A stretch of DNA of 62,917 nt, counting the filler, from Globobulimina sp. (taxonomy: Eukaryota): NCBI GenBank assembly GCA_003354225.1. It is 20 parts of 20 records of this genome, joined end to end, with 100 filler letters (N's around TTAATTAATTAA, not from the genome) between each part and the next. Parts side by side here need not be neighbours in the genome. Positions count along the whole stretch, not along the records: positions 47,272 to 50,321 come from PIVH01003884.1; positions 50,422 to 53,470 come from PIVH01003885.1; positions 53,571 to 56,619 come from PIVH01003886.1; positions 56,720 to 59,768 come from PIVH01003887.1; positions 59,869 to 62,917 come from PIVH01003888.1; 15 more parts are not named here. One strand, given 5' to 3'. The position numbers and the translations under genes are program-made. Below the pieces are notes generated by a model. That model was not told where the DNA came from. It ran no database searches and was given only the letters and a program-made list of their open reading frames with translations. Shown piece after piece: positions 49,738-60,176 of this stretch. The first letter of the stretch is position 1; every line of letters begins with the position of its first letter.

Positions 49738-50321
49738 ATGACACAATACAGTAGGAATGTCCAAGCGAAATACGATGTTAAACGTACACTTTCAAACACA
49801 ATTTTAGACAGTATTGAGGATAAAATTGGTACATTTGAAGCACTTTACATATCGCCTCAGGAAATATTAAATTCATTACCAAAACAATTCAATATCGATC
49901 GACAGAAACACGTCACCAAACTTAACAGTGGGCAGTGGGAAGTTAGAAACAAAGACATTCATTGTTTTTTTGGCTTCCAAGTGACATTCACAGATTCGCC
50001 TCAAACAAAAGCCAGATTAAGAGCTTTGATTCGCGAAAGTTCAGAGCAATATCGATACGAAAATTATATCGATGACAACACGGCCACAGATTATTGTTGG
50101 ATTTGTGGGGATTTAGCCAAAATTGACCCTCGTTTTCAGACACACATTTGTAAAGTCAATGGCCATTTTAAATGTTTTAATTATATTTGTAATGGTCGTA
50201 CATTTAAAGTCGGCATATGTTTGTTAGATCCAAACACCGAAGAACCACCGACGAGTTATGGGTGTGCCAATTGTGGAAACACTGCTGATTTTATCAGATA
50301 TGATCTGAAGACTGGTGACGT
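49738..50321 (+). CDS. Hypothetical protein with Cys-rich (zinc-binding) region, 3'-partial
   Basis: CWIC, GHFKC...C and CANC pairs. Confidence 0.45.
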
Positions 50322-50421
50322 NNNNNNNNNNNNNNNNNNNNNNNNNNNNNNNNNNNNNNNNNNNNTTAATTAATTAANNNNNNNNNNNNNNNNNNNNNNN
50401 NNNNNNNNNNNNNNNNNNNNN

Positions 50422-51054
50422 TTTGCTTTTTTTTGGTGATTTTGATTTATTTTTTTTATTATTTAATTTCTGTATTTCATTTGGTTGCTTTTGATACGGA
50501 GCTAATTTGGTATTTGTTTCAGCCATCAACTCCGTATTATAATTATTATTCTTATTACATTTATTATAATTCAATGAATTTGTTTCTGTTTCACATAAAT
50601 AAGTACCAATATCAAACGATGAATGTGCTGGTATTTTGTGTATAAATAGTTCATTTTGCTTTTTTTGGGATTGTTTTTGTTTTAATGCTTCTTGTAATTC
50701 TGCATCAATGTTATCCAACATTGACAATGTAATTCCTTTGGGCATTTGTGGCATTTTGCTTTTACGACTAATTTTCTTCTTTTTTGATGAAGAGTCTTAT
50801 TGTTATTATCAATACAAAATGTTACATCTATAGGTAACACAACTGAGTCTGAATTAACTTTCTGGCTCATTTATAGTGCTTAATTTTCTTTTTTTCTTTG
50901 GTGGTTGTTGCTTTTTATTTGTATCCGATTTGTTTCTAGTTTTTCTCTTCTTAGACTTACTATTGGTTTTTTTGAGTGATTTTATTTGTTTGCATGGCGG
51001 TGGAGTACTGGAACTCTGCCATCCCAATCCCAGAAGTTCGCATACATCTGCCAT
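50422..51054 (-). CDS. Lys-rich low-complexity protein (2 exons), 3'-partial
   Basis: ATG 51054; intron 50796-50858 joins two ORFs in frame; PPKKKRK NLS-like motif. Confidence 0.5.
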
Positions 51055-51300
51055 TAATGAAACAGTTTTCAAGCAACACTAACTTTAGTTGGAACAGTTT
51101 TCATTTAATATTTGTAATTTTGTAATCTATACATATGACAGTATTCGTGGCTGTACACAACAGTTCTGAATATATAACAAAAACAAACTACAATTTGTAT
51201 ATATCTAAGGCTTGATTGTATCAAAACATGTTTATAATATGACCTGAAACGAAAATAAATTGACTTTGCACGAAACAAACAATTTATCAACAACATATTA

Positions 51301-52931
51301 TCAAACATTGGTTAATCCAAACAACTGTGTTAAATAATAAGCGCCATTATATCCTCTATACACTCCAATCCCACAATAATTAGTATTTGATAATAAATTT
51401 TTCCTATGTCCAGGACTGTCAATCCATCCATCCACTGCTACTTTGCCGACATTACTCAATCCGTTGCTCATTGCTACATTCTCCGCAGCTGCTAATGCTC
51501 GAAATGGATACTTTGCCACTCTCTCATTAAATCCTTGATGGCCAAATGGTACTTTACCATCACTCATATCCTTACTATGTATCTTACCGATATCACATAG
51601 GGATTGATGCCATTTCAACGCCGGCAAACCGTTTGCTTTTCGAAACTCATTGGTTAGTTTCAATGCTTCTTTTCCAATCTCATCCATTTCATTGCTACTT
51701 TTTGGTCCACGTGCTTTACGATCAAAATCTGCCTTTCTTAGCTCCTCAATATCTCGCATTGTAAATATACGTTTTCTTGCTTTCCGTGAATTTAACCATT
51801 TTTTATGTTTTTTCTTTGCAATTTGTTTCAATTCATTTCGTAAATTTGGTGCATTTAAATCCATAATGCCGTCGGCAATCGGTCCGATTCTAGGTTCATT
51901 CTCCGATATTTTGCCATAATTTTCATCATTTATATTGCCTAAATTCCGCAATCTCTTTTCTCTTAATTGCGTATGTGATAATTTATTTATTTTGGGCAAT
52001 TTTTGCTTTTTTTTACCCATTTTTTCGTTTTTTGGATGCAATTTCTTCCGCGGAAAATCGGTAATGATTGGAAATTCATCTTCTATTTCCATACTGTTTT
52101 GTTGTGCTTGTTTTGTTTCTGTTTGAATATAAAAAGCAAGAAATGTTGAAACCATTTGAATCCACTCAATGGACAATGTCGAATTAAATATATATATGGC
52201 ATCATTTGCGTTTTTTATATAATCCCAACCACATAAAGTTAGCAATAATTTTGCGCCTTGAATATGAGCGATTTTTTTCTGAAATGATTTGTTTGATTCC
52301 CGCATCCTGCGATATTTATCAATTGTTGGTGATTTATTTATGTTTTTCATTAAAGTGTTTATCATTGATATGCAGGCATTGAATTCATTTAATTTAATTT
52401 TATTATAATTCGAATTGTGATCATATTCATACTGAAGTTTATATTGTTCAGTCATTAATGATAAATGCGTGTAAATTTCGATTATTTTGTGGATATCTTT
52501 GTTGTTTAAGTATGGTTCAAACCAAATATGATAAGGTTTTGGGATTGTATTTAACAGTAAATTATTATTATTATTTTCTTTATTCTCTGTGTTGTCAACT
52601 TTCAATTCCGTTTTATTTTGATTATTATGGAAATACGAAGTGGTGGATGCTGGAATTAATGAAATCATATCGGTGTATTTATCATTATCAATTGTTTCCT
52701 GTTTTGAGATATGTTGCTTTTCATTTTCATCTAAACATTGGTTTACTAATTGTTGTAATGTAGAGCTTGAATTATTGGATACTAATTTTTCAATAAATTC
52801 AGTGTTTAAATCCTGTTATATAATAAAAATGTTTCATAATTCATAATTGTAAATTGATACAAAAGATATTATTTTAACGTAACTTCAAACATTTCAATTA
52901 TGAAAGCAACTTTTTGTGAAATAGAATCCAT
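51301..52931 (-). CDS. CUE-like + PUB + CAP (SCP/YkwD-like) domain protein (2 exons)
   Basis: Exon 52884-52931 plus intron 52813-52883 gives IIEMFEDLNTEFIEKLV..N...LQQLVNQCL (CUE-like). PUB: KYRRMRESNKSFQKKI...GAKLLLTLCGW. CAP: TNEFRK.NGLPAL...HSKDM...AENVA...GWIDSPGHRKNLL...GIGV...YLTQLF. Confidence 0.75.
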
Positions 52932-53043
52932 ATTATTTTAACGTAATTATGTCACAATGACATGTGTACTCAAGTCAAGTCTTGCTAAAAAATCATGAAA
53001 AAACTGAAAGACTTTTAAATTAAATATAAATAAAAAAATGAGT

Positions 53044-53470
53044 CTAAGCAGCATATGTTTCTTGACATGTAATTTTGATTTTTAACAATTGAGATGTTTT
53101 TTCCATCCATTCCCACATGGAAGGACTGTTCCGATGTTGGTACAAATTGCACAATAAATGGGTTAACAAAGACCTATAATCATAATATTGGTTATATGGA
53201 TCTGTCTTTCCTCGCACATATTTTCCAACAAAAAATACTTTATCAATTCCATTTGTTTTTAGTTCCTTTGTGATCATTTCTTTTGTCTCCAACGGTGACC
53301 TATCAAAATCATCTTCATTATTTTTAAAGTCAATGTTTGCTTTAGTTTTAACAAAATAATGCGGAACATACGCATTTTTCAATTCCGTTGCTATCATTTT
53401 ATCTGTTTCCCGAAACCTATCAGCATTTAAAAATAAGACTGCATCAAAATACCTAAGTCCCATGTTTTGT
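53044..53470 (-). CDS. Interferon-inducible GTPase (IIGP/IRG)-like protein, C-terminal fragment
   Basis: YFDAVLFLNADRFRETD...VPHYFVKTKANID resembles the IIGP YDFFII....RF.E.D...FYFVRTK.D segment. Confidence 0.6.
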
Positions 53471-53570
53471 NNNNNNNNNNNNNNNNNNNNNNNNNNNNNN
53501 NNNNNNNNNNNNNNTTAATTAATTAANNNNNNNNNNNNNNNNNNNNNNNNNNNNNNNNNNNNNNNNNNNN

Positions 53571-54330
53571 CCAGCAATGAAAGTGGGTGTTATCGCAGCT
53601 TCAGTGCCTCCAACCACACATATATCACAATAGCCTGATGATATCAACTGATATCCAGTTTGAATGGCATGTGCTGAGGCAGAGCATGCCGTTGCTGAGG
53701 CTAGATTTGGCCCTCTAAATATCAGGGAAACAGTGGATATATATTATATGAGTTGGACAGTGTGTAATACCTTAATCCGTATCGTAGCGATATAGCAGAA
53801 GCGGAGGTGTTTATGACTCGGTTGGACACATTATATGGCGATATTTTCCTAAATGCATCATTTTTTAATTGGGTGTAGTCAGTCTCAAAAGATTCCAGAC
53901 CACCCAGAGCCGATGCAAATGATACCCCGATCCTATAACGATCTATGTCACTGTCGTGGTCTTCCAAATGGTCTAATTTTGCTGCTTGCATTGCTTGGGC
54001 TGCCGCAGTCAGTGCGTATTGAATATTTGGGTCTGTGTAGAAGGATTCTTTGCGACGTAGATAGTTTTTAGGGTCAAAGATATTTATATTTGGTGGGTTA
54101 TTGTTGTTTATCGGATCATTGTTAGTAATGGTTGATTCATTATCAATTCGTGGTATTTTAGCTGCAATTTTTACTGGAAGATTTGGGTATTTTTCAATCT
54201 CATTTTTTTTAACAGCGGAATAGCCAGCAATCATATTATTCCATGTTTCATCGAGTGTGAGACCTAACGGGCTTATTGCACCTACACCTGTCACTACAAC
54301 GCGATTTAATGGAGCTAATGCTTGTGCCAT
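53571..54330 (-). CDS. OXSM: Beta-ketoacyl-ACP synthase (mitochondrial OXSM / FabF-like), 3'-partial
   Basis: RVVVTGVGAISPLG; after intron 53715-53770, GPNLASATACSASAHAI (catalytic Cys) and GGTEA. Confidence 0.85.
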
Positions 54331-54403
54331 GTTGATTTGTCAGATGTTCCAAAGTTTTACTTTACTAACTTTTACTTTTTAATACCACTCGGCATCAGAC
54401 AAA

Positions 54404-54895
54404 ATGATTTCTATTTTCTTCACATTTTTATTAATATTTTCAATCTGTTATGGCCAACAACGAAATTGTGAACAATTTGTTGGCAAAAAAATGGAATATA
54501 CGGTTACTGATATTAAAGAACAAAATCCAGCAATTTCAGGATTCAATGAATTCTTTAAAGGTCAGTATAAAGCCCTAAAGTGTCAAAATTATGTTGCTAT
54601 AATCTATATATATATTTGTTTTTAAGGTGGAAAAATCGAAACGTGGAATGCAACGGGAAGTGTTGTTATGATCGGAAATTATACATTTAGAAATTCTGAT
54701 GATGCAAAAGAATGTTATATGGAGATAAATTGGGCACAAAGTGAAATGCAACAAGAATGTGTTACATTCAGTCCAACAGCAAATGGACTCGGAATGACTG
54801 GATGTTATGTATTTAATACGAACTGTGTTGCAGAGTGTACCATTGATGCAATGTCAACATTAGGAACGTGGTACGCTGCTGTCGTCATACAATGA
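54404..54895 (+). CDS. Small secreted Cys-containing protein (2 exons)
   Basis: Signal peptide MISIFFTFLLIFSICYG; intron 54561-54626 joins the two ORFs in frame. Confidence 0.6.
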
Positions 54896-54908
54896 TTTGT
54901 ATTCTATT

Positions 54909-54925
54909 CATACATATCCTTGCAC
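54909..54925 (+). promoter_or_regulatory. Recurrent non-coding motif (CATACAT)ATCCTTGCAC, function unknown
   Basis: Exact 10-mer at 32, 9970, 10957, 20804 and 54916; the 17-mer is identical at 10950 and 54909. Confidence 0.5.
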
Positions 54926-55070
54926 TTTGTGTATATGCACTGCCTAATTATAAAAATATGCACTACATAATTATTATAAATATGCCTTAGGGTAACGAAA
55001 AACGGATAAAATCCGGCGTCTCTTTTAAAATCCAAGTTCCTTCGCTTCATCATCTAATCCCGAACAGAAC

Positions 55071-56129
55071 ATGCGACATTTTTATGTTTTTAATATAATA
55101 TTAATGTATGCAACAGCTGGTGTTCTAAGCATTCTATGGGCCATTGCACTGCAACAATTATGTGTTACGTCTATACTGCTTAAAGAGCGAATAAAAATAA
55201 CATTTTCCGCTCTTATTTTTATAACAATCTCATTGATATCAATAACATTGGTTTACGTCACAACATTATATCCAAATATTACATTTATAAATGTTCCGTT
55301 AACAATAATATCCGACATATTAGAAGCTATTTGGTCAATGACTGGATTTCATATATTCCGGATGTTTCATTTGTTTATGGCAAAAAGGTTATATTCCAGC
55401 ATCAATAATACAGTTCCTACATTTCTCAAATATTGTTTTATTGCAATGGAATCAGTCATCGTCATTATGGCACCACTCTGTTATTCGTTTGTGTACGTTT
55501 TGCATCAACAAAATGATGTTGTGCCATATTGGAAGATTGTATTTTATATTATTCTCGGTGTAATTATTAGTATTGTTTCTGTGTTTTCATTCTATGTTTT
55601 GCGACATATTATAAATATTTTAAATCATGTACAAATGATAGAAAATAAAAATAAAATTGAAATTAAAGCAGCTTTGCGTTATATGAGAATCGGACTTATC
55701 GTGGAAACATTAATTGGCATATTTAGTGTTGTCAATGTATTTGTGAGTGTTGATATTTTATATAATTATACGCATTTTACATTCAATCATCAATTGTATA
55801 TAAATATTGTCCATACAGTTATTGGTATTTCGTTAAGCATTGCTTTGTTATTAAGGATATACAAAGGAAGAAAGTCATATTGTGAGGTTTCAAATATGTC
55901 TGTACATGTTTGTGAACATTATTGTTGTGAATTGTTTTGTGATTGGTATGGATGTTGTTCCTATGATGATTATTATGATGAATTGGTTTACGAGAAACAG
56001 AAAAAACCAAACACAAACAAAATATATAAACGCGGAATTTTAGTTGATTCAAATACAATCAACGAATATATAACTCCAATTGATCCATCTCTCCAAACGT
56101 CGCGATCTTCATGCAATCGCAACTATTGA
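55071..56129 (+). CDS. 7TM-like membrane protein
   Basis: About seven hydrophobic segments and a Cys-rich tail. Confidence 0.6.
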   Translation: MRHFYVFNIILMYATAGVLSILWAIALQQLCVTSILLKERIKITFSALIFITISLISITLVYVTTLYPNITFINVPLTIISDILEAIWSMTGFHIFRMFHLFMAKRLYSSINNTVPTFLKYCFIAMESVIVIMAPLCYSFVYVLHQQNDVVPYWKIVFYIILGVIISIVSVFSFYVLRHIINILNHVQMIENKNKIEIKAALRYMRIGLIVETLIGIFSVVNVFVSVDILYNYTHFTFNHQLYINIVHTVIGISLSIALLLRIYKGRKSYCEVSNMSVHVCEHYCCELFCDWYGCCSYDDYYDELVYEKQKKPNTNKIYKRGILVDSNTINEYITPIDPSLQTSRSSCNRNY

Positions 56130-56300
56130 TGTGGAATGTGTAGATATGTTTTTGTTTCCAACGCCCATTCATTGTTCATATGATCTGAGTTTGTTGATGT
56201 TTTCGAGCTGAAATACGTCAGGGAAACTAGTGTTTATTCAATCAATACAAATTCACTTATTGAACTTCAGTGCAAGGTTTAGTTACAAATTTCATTAACG

Positions 56301-56340
56301 TTTCTGTAATATTGTGTTTCTGTAATATTGTGTTTCTGTA
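56301..56340 (+). repeat. Short tandem repeat, 16-nt unit x2.5
   Basis: TTTCTGTAATATTGTG repeated directly upstream of ATG 56343. Confidence 0.8.
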
Positions 56341-56342
56341 CA

Positions 56343-56619
56343 ATGCTTCGACGAGTTCAAAGATTGGTGCCCAAAATGAATCATATAAGTCGTGATTCAC
56401 ATGCACATCAATATTTTCATAAATCTGTATATGTAAATTACAAATCTCAATTTGAGCAAGATGGATATTTGTTCCTTGCAAATGTATTCAATGATGATGA
56501 AATAAAAGATTTGATTCAATGGACAGCTGATCTTGAACAAGAAGCATTGATACAAAAAGAACAACATGCAAATAATAATAACATGAACAACGTCTTTGAA
56601 CGTAGAAGTTTGCATCATT
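56343..56619 (+). CDS. Phytanoyl-CoA dioxygenase (PhyH) family N-terminal fragment
   Basis: QFEQDGYLFLANVFNDDEI, preceded by a PTS2-like RLVPKMNHI. Confidence 0.6.
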
Positions 56620-56719
56620 NNNNNNNNNNNNNNNNNNNNNNNNNNNNNNNNNNNNNNNNNNNNTTAATTAATTAANNNNNNNNNNNNNNNNNNNNNNNNN
56701 NNNNNNNNNNNNNNNNNNN

Positions 56720-56872
56720 ATCACATTTAAATTCAAGAAAATACCATTTTAATGCACCTAAACCACACCAAAATGAACGACCTTCTAATGCATATTTATC
56801 ATCATATTTAGCAATGTTAACATCCTCATGAGAGTCGTCTGTGGCTGATGGTACTCTTGCTCGATCTGACAT
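56720..56872 (-). CDS. N-terminal fragment of unknown protein
   Basis: ATG 56872, frame open to the contig end. Confidence 0.3.
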
Positions 56873-56947
56873 GTTTTCAACTGTGCTAACAAAACTGAAA
56901 AAGTTTATCAACACTCTAAAATAAAATAATTCATCTCAATTTTAATC

Positions 56948-57477
56948 ATGTCCAAAAAAAACAAAAAAGAACGGCAAAAGAAGCACAATTAGCAACAACT
57001 GCAAACAGACCATATAAGAAGCAAAAAAAAACGAAGAAAAATATTACGGAATCTCATCGTGCCCGATTACTGGGTATATTGGAAAATAATGATGATGCAA
57101 TAGATATATTATTGGATCAAACAATTATGAAATTACAAGATGCCAAGAATACTGATGGTAAATTTATTAATGATTTAGTTAAAATGTTCCCAGAGGATAA
57201 ATTTCCGCTTCCTGAATATGAACATTGTGTAAGATGTCATGAGAAATTTGATATTCACGGAAATAAAAATAATTACTGCAAAATTGAGCATTGTGAAGAA
57301 TTTGATGATTATGAAAGATATGGAAGAAATAAATTTATAATGACAACTCAATGTTGTCATTCACGATTTGAAACAACTCATCCTTGTGGCGCTGAGGCAC
57401 GGGATATTGTTTCCAAGGAACCAATGCATATAAATAGTTCTCATCGGATTAAAAATTATAAAATGAAGCATGTTTAG
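56948..57477 (+). pseudogene. Cys/His-containing hypothetical protein, frameshifted near the start and overlapping a transposase remnant at its end
   Basis: ATG 56948 is one base out of frame with the long frame (KRTAKEAQLA...HCVRCH...CKIEH...CC). Confidence 0.4.
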
Positions 57478-57720
57478 TATTCGATTTCGCATAATCAAAA
57501 ATTAAAAGTGCAGGGACATCCGCACCGTAATCACACTCATTCAGTTTGCGATCAATATACGGTTTTATGATATTAGTCAACAGCGATAATTTGGTCCGCT
57601 CATTTGACCAATGACTTTTTGTAAATGTGATATCAAATTCAGGCGGATACACAGTCAAACCATTTAAGCACCGCGTAGTTGTCCCATTCTGCATTGATAG
57701 ATTGACAAAATACTTGAATC
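57449..57720 (-). mobile_element. pogo/Tigger-like DDE_1 transposase remnant
   Basis: GTTTRCL...PPEFDITFTKSHWSNE....L..IIKPYI...PALLIFD is the region leading to the second catalytic Asp; truncated on both sides. Confidence 0.65.
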
Positions 57721-58009
57721 AGAATATTCTATGGGTTTGTGAATAGTTGGCAACAAAACATGCTAAAACCGGTACAAAAATAATAGAAAAGACATGTATA
57801 ATGTATTTTCAATCTTCTTTTAATACTAGGATTTGATTTACTAGTTAAGGAGCATACTACTGGTAGACTATAAATTGAGAGAAAAGTTAGGATCAATACT
57901 AGTTTGTCAATGTAATTCATTCGATCAGCTGCTTGGTTTTCATTCAGTGGAATCAGCGGAAATTCGCATTTAATCGAACATTGATTCACCGCAGCACTCC
58001 ATTGAGACC

Positions 58010-59212
58010 ATGTATGCATCAAAGATTATTTTAGCCCTGATCACATTAGCGAATACAATTGGGAGTAACAATGCCACTGCCAAATTATTGGATGAGAAAT
58101 CCTTACGCTACAAACACAAGCATTACAAAGATTTTTTGACAATTCAAATTCACAATGATATCACAACCATCACTGAGTTATGCTCCATTTCAATTATTCC
58201 ACACAATGCTGTGATGGAAATGGTATGTGCCCAAGATCATCACACAACAAAAACTTTCACAAGCACAAATAATCCTGATTTTATCGAGATTGATGGTGAA
58301 GTTATCGCCAATAACCAGACCTTACAAAAAAATGATATTGTCACAATCAAAGTTCCAAATTTAGACATAACACAAAATTCTCTATTGGAAATGGTGAGTC
58401 ATGATTTGAAACCATTGGAAACGGAGTGGTGGAAACAAATATTGAAATACACTCAAATCAATAATGATGTACAAAATTTCATTCGAATCATAAATGAAGG
58501 GGTATATAATGTTTCACACTCTGAAATCAAAGCAACGCATCAAAAATGGGTGTTTGAACCAAAATATTGGTTATGTTTCAACAAAGAATTGAATGAGTCG
58601 CTGAATAATTCAAATATGTGTCATTTAAAGATTATTTTGCCAAGTATTATGTCTGTAAATAGATATGTTCTGACTCATTATATCAATAATCACACCGAAA
58701 TAATACACCTTATTGGACGTGAACAAAGTAAATTAAATTCGTTAAAACATGTTTGGGAATTTACTAAACGGTATTCATTTGGATATGATATCAATGATAT
58801 TAAGCCATTTGCCCATCTTTTATTTGGTTTGGACTATTATGCAATTTATTCACAACACGATGAAAAACCAGGGTGGCGGGATCATTTGCGCAATGTAGAA
58901 TTTATTCTAACAGACTACAACTGCAATGATAGCTTTAAGGATGTAGTGTACACACTTTGTGTTTTGAATTACATAGAATACATTGAAAACGAAAGAAATG
59001 GAGTGTATCCTGGTATTGGGTCGATGACTGGTTACTTGGTAACATTCATAAGTCGTGCTTACACCATCACAGATGAAGAAGGAAGAAGAGATTTATCCAA
59101 TCTCATTCTGCTGAAGTGCGTAGGTCAAATTAAAAAAAAAAGGAAATGGATATTGAATGCACAAAAAAACAGTCGCAGAGTGTTCATCAAAGTACATCCT
59201 TTGAGTCAATGA
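58010..59212 (+). CDS. Hypothetical protein with possible signal peptide
   Basis: Intact 400-aa ORF with hydrophobic N-terminus. Confidence 0.5.
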   Translation: MYASKIILALITLANTIGSNNATAKLLDEKSLRYKHKHYKDFLTIQIHNDITTITELCSISIIPHNAVMEMVCAQDHHTTKTFTSTNNPDFIEIDGEVIANNQTLQKNDIVTIKVPNLDITQNSLLEMVSHDLKPLETEWWKQILKYTQINNDVQNFIRIINEGVYNVSHSEIKATHQKWVFEPKYWLCFNKELNESLNNSNMCHLKIILPSIMSVNRYVLTHYINNHTEIIHLIGREQSKLNSLKHVWEFTKRYSFGYDINDIKPFAHLLFGLDYYAIYSQHDEKPGWRDHLRNVEFILTDYNCNDSFKDVVYTLCVLNYIEYIENERNGVYPGIGSMTGYLVTFISRAYTITDEEGRRDLSNLILLKCVGQIKKKRKWILNAQKNSRRVFIKVHPLSQ

Positions 59213-60176
59213 TTCTTTCATATTCAAATGCCATGCATGGCATGCTCATGCTGTATCAAATTATACTAATTCCTAAAATCATTGTCGTTTGTAATTTGTG
59301 TTCTTGGATACAGTTGAAATCCAGCTAATATAATACCTACAACTGGTATCATCTTAAGTTACTTAAGGTTTTCTAACAAACTTTTAGCCTGGTTTGTAAA
59401 TATTTTGGAGAGCAAATAATTATACGTATTTGAAGCAAACACAACATATTTGTATTGGGACATCCATGCTTTTATTATTATTACATAAATGGTGATCTGT
59501 TAATGGAATGAATTAAGTTTGTATTGCCTTTGTTGCTTACAAAATGATTGAGGACAACATATTTGATGTACACAAATGGAAATGGTAAGAAATAATGAAG
59601 CTTCTTGTCAAGAACCGCGAAAATATGGTTAAATGGTGTAAATATTCATTGCTAATCGATCCATAACATAATATTTGAATAATTTGATATTTCCATTTTT
59701 TGTCGTAAAAAGTGCTAAAAACGCATTGCTAGTATGTTCAAAGTACTTCAAAGTAGATGGTCAAATTANNNNNNNNNNNNNNNNNNNNNNNNNNNNNNNN
59801 NNNNNNNNNNNNTTAATTAATTAANNNNNNNNNNNNNNNNNNNNNNNNNNNNNNNNNNNNNNNNNNNNTTTGTAATTCATCAGTATGGTTTGATAAAATC
59901 ATTAATGGTAATTATTACATATATTACATATATTACATTCCTTTACCTTCTTAAAACAATGAGTGTAGACTCTCTATTTGATACCACAATTATTCAATAT
60001 TATTTATACACTTTCTGATAACAATTATATGGTTAATTTCTTGTTTAAAACAGCTGCATTATGTAATTATAGTTAATCGGTGGACCACCGATGAATCACC
60101 GATGTTTCTCTTTAATTATAAAAACACTTTTAGAAAATAGACTGATTTCTCGCAATAACAATACCTGCAGAAAGAA

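Noticed and set aside
46946-56277. Partial reverse copies of the motif (GTGCAAGG at 46946 and 56270)
   Set aside because: Only 8 of 10 bases match and one may be exonic, so they were not counted.
3054-59868. Regularly spaced TTAATTAATTAA as a CRISPR-like array, telomere or chromosome-breakage signal
   Set aside because: Always embedded in N44 blocks, and the spacing follows contig length sorting; it is a synthetic linker.
59913-59938. ATTACATAT tandem repeat and (TA)n tracts at ~19360, 20703 and 29455
   Set aside because: Ordinary microsatellites in AT-rich non-coding DNA.
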